DNA of 39,654 nt. Origin: Welwitschia mirabilis. Taxonomy: Eukaryota. This document shows, piece after piece, positions 13,349 through 24,239 of the stretch. The notes under the pieces were generated by a model, which was not told the DNA's origin, did no database searches, and worked only from the letters and a program-made list of their open reading frames with translations. Numbering within the stretch: the stretch's first letter is position 1; each line of letters starts with the position of its first letter. The stretch lies in NCBI GenBank assembly GCA_051453625.1, contig JBOZIK010000001.1:29717871-29757524 (forward strand), written 5' to 3'. Position numbers and translations under genes: made by a program.

Positions 13349-14946
13349 TGTCACATCCCAATTTTTAAGTTACAAAAATTATCCTAAGAATTATAAAATA
13401 AAAGTAAATAATATAATCAAATTTAATGTCTTATAGGCAAAAGGAATTATTATAAGTGACTAAATATTTATATTTGATAAAAATTCTATCTTGTTATTAT
13501 TCTTTGGACATTAATTCTAAATATATCATCTCAATTAAGTTATGATTAAATTCCTCTTTCTTATCATGACAAAAGTAGTTGCATACTCTTGAAAATATAG
13601 CATTTATTTCTATTTATGGAGTGATTAATAATGATTTTTTTGGAATTTGAGAGGACTATATATTGTAATTAACTTATCTTCTTTTTGCTTATGTTAAATA
13701 ACTTAATTCTTGTAGGCATATTTTTAATGATTATCACTTTGCAAAATAAGCAGTTACTATTATGATGAAATATTATGCACCTAATGGCTAGGCAAAGTAA
13801 TGGTTTAAGATTATGGAATCATTATCAATTCTTTCCATGATGGTGTCTTTGCATATTCTCATATCTCTTCATATTCCCATCCCCTTTTACTATAAATATA
13901 ACTTTGTTTTCCTTGTATTTTCATATCTTTAAGAAAATCCTTATTATCGAATCTTGATGACTTTAAACTTAAAGCTTGGAAAACCTTGGAGCCTTAGAAT
14001 CCTAAAAGAGCCTTAAAATTTTTCAAACATCATATCCAAATTCAAGTATGATCCCATTTAATTCTTACATCCTTGATTGGTCCTGNNNNNNNNNNATGAC
14101 TTGCAATCTTAGTCATGAATTCTAGTTTCTAGTATTGTCTTGAAAAATCCTTAATAGATTTAATGAGAATGTATTCCAAGCTACTCTTGTTAAGAATCTT
14201 ATGCTTTTGTTGATATATCTTACTCATACTTCTTCTAATAACTTGGATTCTTGTGATCTTATGAAAATGAGTAATCCACAGATTGTTAAATGAGATAATG
14301 GAGTGTGAGCATCCATAGATCACCAAATAAGGTAGTGGGATTGATAGAATCATAAATAATCAAATGAAGAAATGGGCCCCAGAGATCACCAAATGAAGAA
14401 GTGAAGCAAGAGAATATATGAAAGAAGTATTATGAGAAATCCACAGATCATCAAATGAGGTAGTGGATCCCACAATTTACTAAATGAGGGAGTGGAGGAA
14501 AATGAAAAATATATGAAAATTTTATAGAAAAAATAGTTATTCTCATATCATTTCTATAAGATCATCATTTGAAATTCTTACAATGATTATCATTTCTTAG
14601 AAATTCTTGATCCTTGTCTTATCAATCTTGAGACTTAAAACCCTATTATCTTTATCTTTTCTTACTTTAACCATAGTGGGAGCTATCAAATTTCTATATT
14701 TCTCACTCCATATTTCTCATGTAAATAGATGGAAAAACTAAAGCTTAATTTTTAAGAATGGAATAGAGAAGTGGATATTATCATTCCAGTTTATGTTAAA
14801 AAATCCTTTTGGAGTGAAACTTATATTTCTTTTATGAATCTTAAAATTTTAGTAATGTAATTATTATGACCTTAAGAACACTTCCCAAACTGAAGCATGT
14901 GTATTCTTGATTATGCCTTCTTGAAGTTGTAATAGCAGATGTGACA
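13349..14946 (+). repeat. 3' LTR (1598 bp) of the Tekay-type element
   Basis: It starts directly after the PPT with TGTCACATC (13349) and ends with the perfect 9-bp inverted repeat GATGTGACA (14938-14946). A TATAAATA lies at ~13891, and no PBS follows the LTR. Confidence 0.88.
14276..14495 (+). repeat. Six dispersed copies of a 26-nt motif inside the Tekay LTR
   Basis: Consensus CCACAGATCACCAAATGAGGTAGTGG, with copies at about 14276, 14313, 14350, 14378, 14441 and 14470 separated by 2-37 nt spacers. Confidence 0.8.
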
Positions 14947-15334
14947 AATTCTGATTTTCTTGTTAAAAATCTTTATATTTACATTCTTGATTTTCTTGGT
15001 AAAAACTTCTACATTCAAACTGTTTAATATTTAATATAACCTGTTAGAATAATTATTGATTTTATAAAAGTATCATTATCCCATAACTTTAATTATTGTT
15101 GAATTAGTCATTTGTATAATAGATTATTTTTATTTATTTAATGATGGAATAAACAAGATATCATGGAGGAGATGGTCATATTAATAGGAAAGTTATAATT
15201 ACCTTGAGAAGATTTCTTTTCATAATATAATAGAATGAAAGTAAATTATTGTAATAAATCAATATTCTATTATTTAATACATATAATATTTTTAATTATA
15301 ACAATTAGTGAAAAAGTGATGTGTGTAAAGTATA

Positions 15335-15553
15335 TGAGATTCAAACCCTCAACCTCTCCCTTGACTTCTTTGCTTTTTTACTATTACACTAATAAGCATA
15401 CATTGGAAAAAAAAAAGCATTTTGAATGTGTTTAAGCTTGTAGTAATAGTTTATAATTACATCTAATGCTTAAAATAAAATGCAATGATTCAGATTCAAA
15501 CCCTCAATCTTCTCTTTAATTTCCTACCTTCTTTATTGTTATACCATTCAAGA
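15335..15553 (-). mobile_element. Two tandem tRNA-derived (SINE-head-like) Pol III promoter relics, 155 nt apart
   Basis: Copy 1 has an A-box-like TAGTGTAATAG (from 15391) and B-box-like GGTTTGAATC (15347-15338). Copy 2 has TGGTATAACAA (from 15546) and GGTTTGAATC (15502-15493). Both keep the tRNA T8-to-G53 distance of 45 nt. No cloverleaf can be folded. Confidence 0.55.
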
Positions 15554-16319
15554 GGACATTAAATAAAATAAGTCATCTCAACTTTACTACTTTGGTGTCA
15601 TCCTTATTTAAGTAAAAATATCAAATAGCGAGAAACCAATACTAAAATTGTAAATTTTCATGGTGCGGCTGAGGATTAACAATCTCTCTTTGAAAGGGAT
15701 CTTGAATATTGGATGATGGATCGGTTGATAGGGTTAATTCATTCTTCTTAGTGTTTCCCTTCCTTCGATAATCTTTTGATCCTATAATTTTTAACTATTC
15801 GAAATGTTTGCATTGTGTGTTTTGATTAGAGGGCATTGGATGATGGACTTGACTTGAAGGAATGTTCTGATCTTACAATCCATGATGCAATCTGTTGATG
15901 CTCAATCTTGCATATCACCAAGAATCTCATGGAGGTTAACATAAGAGTGTGAGGCATGAAACATCACTATAATCACATGCTCAGGGCTGGAACTTAATAA
16001 TTTATCTAAAATCATCCTTGGGTAATGATGAAAATGTAAGAGGATTAAAAAGCAAAGTGAAATTTTTCATGATGAGCAGTTGAGTTCTCTGTGGTAACAT
16101 GAGCCATTTCATATTTAAAATTCTATTTTTAGTTACTTAAAAGATGGAGACGCATTTTCCCTTCTATGTGGAATGTCCTCTTTGACAAGACTAAAAGCAT
16201 TAGTTTTATGCTCAAAGTTGGAAACTCTACCACATGACATTACCATAAATTCTTGCTTTATGAATCTGGGTATCAATGAACTTTTTTAAGACCTTTGTTT
16301 TCTTCCAATTTGAACAAAG

Positions 16320-17136
16320 CACTTCAAAGTTTTCATTCAATAATATGTTGGATGTCTTAATGTCTCTATGAATTATGCATGGATTACATATTAGACCCTT
16401 TACCATCACACCAAAAGCCATGACTTAGGTGGAATCTGAAAAACTGAAATCCTTTATAATTACCCACTTATTGAGCTAAGAATGGGGACTACATACCCAA
16501 CAATCTTCCTCTTAATCCACATGCCAAGTGCTCACATGAATAGGAAAGGCACTGGGAATACTTAAACCTGAGACCAAACAACAACCATGGCTTTGATATT
16601 AGTTATTGGGCCCTCTATATTTACTCACTTATTCGGTTGGGCATAGGGACTGCACACCCAATAATCTCCCCTTCAATTCACATGTCAAGTATTTAAATAA
16701 ATCAAGAAGCCACTAGGGAGACTTGAACTTGAGACCAGCTAATAACTATGGCTTTGATACTAATTATTAAACCCTTTATCATCACATCAAAATCCATGAC
16801 TTATGTGGATTCTGGGAAACTGGAACCCTTTATAATTACTCACTTATTGGGTTAGGCATGGGGATCACATACCTAATAATCTCATCCTCAATCCACATGC
16901 CAAGTGCTCACATGAATCGAGAAGGCACTGGCGAGACTTAAACCCGAGACTAGCCAATAACCATGGCTCTGATACCAATCGTTGGACCCTTTAAAATCAC
17001 ACCAAAAGTTATGGCTTTTGGTGTGATGATAGAGGGACCAACATTATAGTCATGTGAAGATACATTAATCCTCATGTAGCACTTAGAGCAATCTTTAATT
17101 GGGTTTTTTAGTCAAGCTTAATTTTCTTTGATGATT
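16320..17136 (-). pseudogene. Exon fragment of an ERECTA-family (ERL-like) LRR receptor kinase (subdomains VIa-VIb), split by a TRIM insertion
   Basis: After an acceptor TTGTGTAG (AG at 17138-17137) the minus strand reads xSSKKIKLD*KTQLKIALSAT*GLMYLH. After a 1-nt frameshift and removal of 16389-17048 it continues DCNPCIIHRDIKTSNILLNENFEV. This matches the remembered ERL pattern GxxKKVKLDWxTRLKIAVGAAQGLAYLHHDCxPRIIHRDIKSSNILLDENFEA. Similarity stops before the DFG motif. Confidence 0.8.
16389..17043 (-). mobile_element. Tandem-array TRIM (terminal-repeat retrotransposon in miniature): four LTR units and three internal domains, 655 bp
   Basis: LTRs: 16389-16502 (114 bp), 16604-16663 (60 bp, internally deleted), 16765-16878 (114 bp), 16980-17043 (64 bp, palindromic). 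Internal domains 16503-16603, 16664-16764 and 16879-16979 are each 101 bp. Each has a tRNA-iMet PBS (perfect TGGTATCAGAGC on the minus strand at 16977-16966) and a PPT (e.g. GAAGGGGAGAT at 16674-16664). The 5-bp TSD is TTACA (16384-16388) / TTATA (17044-17048). Confidence 0.93.
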
Positions 17137-17533
17137 CTACACAAATAGAGTTTAGTTTTGGATAATTTGCACTCAAACAAGAGAACTAGGAGGTGTATTA
17201 GTGCCTATACATGCATACACAGAATAACCTTAGCACAAATGTTGTGCATCATATGCATTATATAAGAGGCCTTCTTCTGCATCTACAATGAACAAAGATA
17301 CATGAACACACAAGGTCAGTTCCTATATTTGCAGAATCCTTTTAGGATGCATATCTACTTCACCTTTTTCCTTTTACTTAGATGGTAGATTTTCTCTTAT
17401 ACAAGCAATGCCTTTCTACATTTGAGAATAATAGAGTAACATGAAGAAAATTTGAAAAGTGAGTAATAAAGAAAAGATATGCAGTCCAATAATTCTTCCA
17501 ATATAATGTGCAGTCTTATGGTTTTAACCTGCC

Positions 17534-17600
17534 AATAGGTTAGTATAGTGATTATGTCAGTTACTTATTACTAGTGAGGTTGTGGGTTCAACTCCAAGTG
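17534..17600 (+). mobile_element. tRNA-derived Pol III promoter relic (SINE head or tRNA pseudogene)
   Basis: A-box-like TAGTATAGTGA at 17541 and B box GGTTCAACTCC at 17585-17595, with canonical 45-nt spacing. The acceptor and anticodon stems do not pair. Confidence 0.5.
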
Positions 17601-20600
17601 GAAGAAAAATCTTAATTTTTGTACATCAAACTAAAAATTTCAAGTTGGAAAATTTTGTAGCCCTTTAGTTATGAATTTCTTATGTATAAATATTATATAT
17701 TAAATATTATAACTAACATATGTTTAATGCTATACCAATTAGTAGAAATAGTTAAGCCTATATATCTTTAGATGTTATTTATAAGCTAANNNNNNNNNNN
17801 NNNNNNNNNNNNNNNNNNNNNNNNNNNNNNNNNNNNNNNNNNNNNNNNNNNNNNNNNNNNNNNNNNNNNNNNNNNNNNNNNNNNNNNNNNNNNNNNNNNN
17901 NNNNNNNNNNNNNNNNNNNNNNNNNNNNNNNNNNNNNNNNNNNNNNNNNNNNNNNNNNNNNNNNNNNNNNNNNNNNNNNNNNNNNNNNNNNNNNNNNNNN
18001 NNNNNNNNNNNNNNNNNNNNNNNNNNNNNNNNNNNNNNNNNNNNNNNNNNNNNNNNNNNNNNNNNNNNNNNNNNNNNNNNNNNNNNNNNNNNNNNNNNNN
18101 NNNNNNNNNNNNNNNNNNNNNNNNNNNNNNNNNNNNNNNNNNNNNNNNNNNNNNNNNNNNNNNNNNNNNNNNNNNNNNNNNNNNNNNNNNNNNNNNNNNN
18201 NNNNNNNNNNNNNNNNNNNNNNNNNNNNNNNNNNNNNNNNNNNNNNNNNNNNNNNNNNNNNNNNNNNNNNNNNNNNNNNNNNNNNNNNNNNNNNNNNNNN
18301 NNNNNNNNNNNNNNNNNNNNNNNNNNNNNNNNNNNNNNNNNNNNNNNNNNNNNNNNNNNNNNNNNNNNNNNNNNNNNNNNNNNNNNNNNNNNNNNNNNNN
18401 NNNNNNNNNNNNNNNNNNNNNNNNNNNNNNNNNNNNNNNNNNNNNNNNNNNNNNNNNNNNNNNNNNNNNNNNNNNAGTTGTTTAAAACCAAGGTATTACA
18501 TCTGCATTAGTTTTTTTTTTTTTTTCATCATGCTTCAAATGTACATAAACCTGCAAAAAGTAAGACTTATTTGTATTAGTTTCTAAATTTATGCATTATA
18601 ATTAAGAGACCAACCTAAATTATAATTCCAACATAATTCCTATATAAGAAACATAAATACTCTATTTATATAAGAAAAATATTAATTCCTATTTTTTAAA
18701 ACTTTAATTATGAATAATAATATATTATTTTAAATGCAATTTGTGCTCGTTACTTTGATATACTTATATATTAAATACATGGGTAGATTCATTTGTAATA
18801 GTTTCTGTAAAAAAACAAATTTAAAAAAAGGCAAATAGAAACAATTTTGTTCATATTTAAATGTAATGTATTAAAATCTATATTATTGCAATTTAACATT
18901 TTAATGATGTAAAATAGATTATAATAAATCCACATTTGAAAAACATGCAAGAATAGTATGTTTTTGGTGAAGGATATAATAAAAGATTATCATAGCAAAA
19001 TTGATACAATGCACAAAAATATAAGTTTAATTCTACAATTTTTTTTTTAAAAAGTATCAATTATCATGATGAAGTGTTTATTATTTTAGCTACTCATTAA
19101 GGACATGTATAAATAAGTTGGACGATTAAAAATTAACACTATTTTTCAAACAACTAAATTTAGAATCATGCAAATTACATAAGAATTCATGTTTTTGGTT
19201 TACTTAAAAAAATTTAAAAATCATAAATTTTTGGCTAAGTAGATAAGAATATTTAATGATGAATTCAAATGCTATCTTTAAAAGTGATATGACTCTAGAT
19301 TCTTTTTTATATGACTATGAATCATAATTAAGTATGTATTTAATTATCAATATGGTATGAGATACATAAAGTTTCTAGAATTTGAAAAAGTTTTTATAGC
19401 AGTTAAATGTAGAATTTTCTAAGAAACAAGTAAATGATTAATTAAAGGGTGTATTTACATTAAATTTTTAGATCTTAAACCCCTTAATTTTAGTAAACAA
19501 ATATATTTTTTAAATCCTTATGTATCATATTACTAATTAATTTATTGCTAATCATGTTTATCCATTAATTATTAAAATTGTTATTCATTTATGTTAATTT
19601 GTCTACAAGATAATCCAAGCTACTTAAAGTTTGTAGAAGCTAATTTTGCTAGGGATACTAGCATTATTACTAGAACTATACTAGTAATGATGTTACAAAT
19701 TCAAGTGCGCTTTGCATCTCAAGACATTTCAAACATATGCTAAATTAACTCATCCACCTTACAACCTAGCTCTAAATTATTTTATGGTAATTAAGATTTA
19801 TACATCCATATTCTACCTAAGGATACTTGCCAGAAACCTGAATTTTTAATAAAATAAGTATTAAAAGTTATAATTTTTCATCATTTTTAGAATAGAATAT
19901 TGTATTCATAGGTATTTTTCTACTTTTTATGTGATAAGATCCTAGATTTCTAATGAGATCAAATTGATGCATTATGATCCAACTTAAGGCTATTTGCAAT
20001 GACCATGATCAGTAGATCAAGATCGAGGGAGAAAATATAGAACATGAAAGATTTCTTTAACCTATTATTTTGAGAGATGTATCATAAATCGTTTTCCATC
20101 ATCATATCTCATCCACTTACTAGGTGATGATTTCAACTCATTTTTATCCTAGATGCACAACATTAAAGCTTATTAATACATTACTACCTTGAAAATTTAC
20201 ATTTTGGAAGTTGTAACATAGTTATGTCTAGTAATTTTTTAGTCAAATATGATGTTATCATATAATATTAGTTGTAAGGATTAAATGTAAATCAATTTGA
20301 AAATTTGAATTTTTCATATTTGCTAGTTAATCACCTATGGTTTTACAATGTCATTTCCTAGTGTAAATTAGCACTGTAACATCATATAACTACTCATGAT
20401 TTCTCAATGTGAATCACATGATAAAAATCATAAGTTTTGGTGACTTCTTTGCCTAAATATGATTATAGTATACTTATGAAGACCCTCCTCAATGCCAAAC
20501 CATAGATGATATTATTTTAAAGTTAATAACATGCTTTGAAATTGATATCAAGCAACTTTAAATCTTTAGAAGGAGTTTATGATTACATTCTATCTCTTAT

Positions 20601-23600
20601 TTCTTTACTTTTAAGTTGATATCCTTTTTATATCAGGTTTTTAAGCCTTCTCTATTCTTCGTTCTCATTTATTACTATTACATACATCCATTTTCATCTT
20701 TGAAATCCTATTGCAACTCATTTTTCATTACATTTTTTTCCATTTCTATCCATCCATAGGACATCAAAAAGGTCGTAAAGTGCATGTGAATAGAAGATGA
20801 AAGAGGAGGAGGAGGATGCACTAGATCTTGTTAAAATTTGGATTAAATACTAATGAAAAGATCTCTAACTAAATATAAAAATAATAAGTGGTCTTTTTCT
20901 ATATGTTTCTATACTTATGTTGTGCATTTTTACCCTACTTTCCTTTCAATTTAATTAGTCTTTTTATAGCATGTTGCATATTTAGTTCTAATGAAATCAT
21001 ATAACATTTAGTACCTATCATATTATTGTATAATTTCGCATGGTTAGTAACTCTATGTTAAAGAAAGCATATGTTCTTTTCCTCTTCTCTCTTCTTTTCT
21101 CCATTCTTCTTATTTCTTCAATATATTCTCTTAGGATTCCATCTTTCTTCTTAAGAAATGGATGATGAATTTTCTTTTCTCCTTTAAAATAGTATAGATT
21201 TTAGCATGTAAATGTTTAATTTCTAAATTATTAAATTAAAATTATTTATTATTGCATTAGTACTTATCTATCTCCTGCTCCTTCCTCACCCCCACATATT
21301 TTCTTAAATTAATGTATAACTATGAATTTTAGTGCTTATTTTAACCATAAACCTTTTTTTGCAACTCCAGTTGCTCTGAATGTTTGTTAGTAGATTTCTC
21401 TCTTAATTTAGGGATATTAATGTTTAAGAATTTAAAATCCAAATTTGGCCTCTGAAATTGGATTTTTGGACATTTATAATCAAAGTAGAAAATTTTCTAA
21501 ACCATAAAATCTTTATTTTTTTGATTTCTGTACATTTAATTTTGCTATCAATATTAATGCATTTTTAAAAATTAATATTTTATTTTATAGTACTTTTTAA
21601 GTACTCTTAAAATATGAAATTCATTTTTTCTTAAGTCATTTATTTTTCTTTATATTCTTAGTTAAAATAGAATTAACTGAAATTTCTTTAGATTTTTCTA
21701 GATGATTTGTTTCTTATTAGTTTTGATTAATTTTACTTAATCTTTAATATTTGGTTTATTTTAAAGCTTATTCTAAATTCTTTAAAAATTCTAAAAAATT
21801 CTAAGTCTTCTTTTTGGAGTTTTTTCTCTCCCTTTTCTTTCTTCCTTATCCTTCCTTTCTTTCTTTTGAACAAAATGTCCCAAAACTAAGTAAGTTTTAA
21901 TTTGATTGCATAACTATTTATATGTTGGCTTTTTCACTTATTGATTCATTACCTTATTTATATGTTACATCACTTGTATAACTCATTTTATGATTAGTTA
22001 AGAATTATATTCATAGCGAAATACATTAAAATTTAGTGTAAATGCTATTAGCGTTAATCAATTTACTATATTTTATCTGACTTCTAATAGTGAAATTTTC
22101 TAGAAAAATCATTCTTATATACAAAATTACTTAAGTAGTTTTGATTATATTAACCCTCTTAATCAATTTTTTGATTTACTGTCAATCTTTGGATAGATAA
22201 TAAATCTTATAAAAGATTATTTCTTTCTTATCTCTGAGGTATTTTTATTTTCACTTCTCATGAAATTTTGTCTTTTTTACACATAATTCTTAATGTTAAT
22301 TAAATGTCATGTGTTATAATTACTAGTATGTCACTTAGAGATAGTTGTCTTATCATGTAAAGTAACAATTTGTTAAAGCAATGTACAATATTTTCAAAAG
22401 AATTTATCTTAAGTATTCCATATATTTAATATTCATGTGCTTTCAGTACATATGCAATTTGATCTAGGAGATTTAATTTTCCTTAGTATGAATTATTTAT
22501 ACTTGATTTTCTTTCCTTGATTTAAATTATTATGCTAAGTATATAAATATTTTTGTGAAGGCTTAGAATGTGATCCTCTTATTTTAGAAACTAAGTTTTT
22601 CAATTTTTTTCATGATCCATTTATTAAATAACAAGAACATGTCAATTGATAACATTAGTCCTATGAAGAGTTATAGAAGACCAACTTATCTTAATGGCTA
22701 GGAGTAATTTATTCTTCATCTATCTTTCATTCATGATTAATATTGAGGCTTAAGATTTGTGTTAATTAAAGCATCATTCATTATCATCCATGAAAACTCT
22801 ATTATTTTTAGAATTTCAATGCCTTTAATGAGGTCTTATCTTACCATGAGATTCTAAGCCTTCTTTCTCTCTTCTTAGGTATAAGGAAATGATTATTTCA
22901 TTTAGCATTTACCATATTATGTGTTGTATTTACACTCTAATCTAGTATGTTATATTTATGCTCTAATCTAGTATTCTCTATAGTAGTTGCATCATTAGTG
23001 AATGCACTTTAATCTATGATTAGATTTACTTAATTTTCATCTCTAATTTAATTAATATTATTGGTTATGAATTAGTGTTTTTTAAATGTTCTTTTGTACT
23101 TATAGACTTATACCTTGAATGTGTTATAGGGTTTAGATGATTAATATTTACTAGATAATATCTGTTATATNNNNNNNNNNNNNNNNNNNNNNNNNNNNNN
23201 NNNNNNNNNNNNNNNNNNNNNNNNNNNNNNNNNNNNNNNNNNNNNNNNNNNNNNNNNNNNNNNNNNNNNNNNNNNNNNNNNNNNNNNNNNNNNNNNNNNN
23301 NNNNNNNNNNNNNNNNNNNNNNNNNNNNNNNNNNNNNNNNNNNNNNNNNNNNNNNNNNNNNNNNNNNNNNNNNNNNNNNNNNNNNNNNNNNNNNNNNNNN
23401 NNNNNNNNNNNNNNNNNNNNNNNNNNNNNNNNNNNNNNNNNNNNNNNNNNNNNNNNNNNNNNNNNNNNNNNNNNNNNNNNNNNNNNNNNNNNNNNNNNNN
23501 NNNNNNNNNNNNNNNNNNNNNNNNNNNNNNNNNNNNNNNNNNNNNNNNNNNNNNNNNNNNNNNNNNNNNNNNNNNNNNNNNNNNNNNNNNNNNNNNNNNN

Positions 23601-23738
23601 NNNNNNNNNNNNNNNNNNNNNNNNNNNNNNNNNNNNNNNNNNNNNNNNNNNNAGTGTTTTCCTATATTTCATTAAAAGAAAAATTCCTTCCTTGTACTTT
23701 AATTGCATTTAAAATCTATATGAGAATTATTTATTACT

Positions 23739-23836
23739 TATTTAAGAAACTTAGTTGTATTTAAAAACTTATTTCTTACTTAGATAATATTTAAGAAACT
23801 TAGTTGTATTTAAAAAATTATTTCTTACTTAGCTAA
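23739..23836. repeat. 49-bp tandem duplication
   Basis: TATTTAAGAAACTTAGTTGTATTTAAAAACTTATTTCTTACTTAGATAA occurs at 23739 and again at 23788 with 2 mismatches. Confidence 0.9.
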
Positions 23837-24239
23837 TATTCGCATGATGGATTATCTTCTGAAAAGTTATTCTAAATTCTTATAAGAATATATTAATTCA
23901 TTAGTTCAAATACTTTCTAAACCCTCTTTATAGTTAACATTAACCTATGGAACATTTAAGAGTTCTTGAAAAACTTTAAAAGATCTTCGTCATCTCTACT
24001 AGAGAATGATAATTAGGGTTATGTATACTATAATAAAATCCTTATTTTGTACCTTAATTACTAAGACACATCTTTCATAAATCACAATCTATTACAAAAG
24101 TCAAGGCATAGTAGTACCTCATACATCAAACATTTTAATGACTATAACAGGAAAAGGAAGTAGTATACCTCTTTCTTTTTCCTTTTTTATTTTTTCTTTT
24201 TTTTTAAAAAAAAATGTAGTATGAAGAGATTTAAAAACA

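Larger units (their letters stand above)
9130..14946 (+). mobile_element. Degenerate Ty3/Gypsy chromovirus (Tekay/Del-type) retrotransposon with a 3' LTR only
   Basis: Gag-pol relics are followed by the PPT AAGGAGGTGAGAAA (13335-13348) and an LTR bounded by TGTCACATC...GATGTGACA. No matching 5' LTR was seen upstream, and the left boundary is approximate. Confidence 0.88.

Noticed and set aside
14276-14495. CRISPR-like repeat-spacer appearance
   Set aside because: The context is a eukaryotic LTR, the repeats are degenerate, the spacers are irregular (2-37 nt) and there are no cas genes.
16227-16421. ORF as a functional small kinase
   Set aside because: Its start lies in the TRIM LTR, only ~23 codons are kinase-derived, and the DFG motif and all other subdomains are missing.
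17534-17600. Functional tRNA gene
   Set aside because: The A and B boxes are present, but the acceptor and anticodon stems do not pair and there is no adjacent T-run terminator.
19600-19850. Possible hAT transposase relic on the minus strand (VVRWMS*FSICLKCLEMQSAL)
   Set aside because: The resemblance is too weak, there are many stops, and no TIRs were found.
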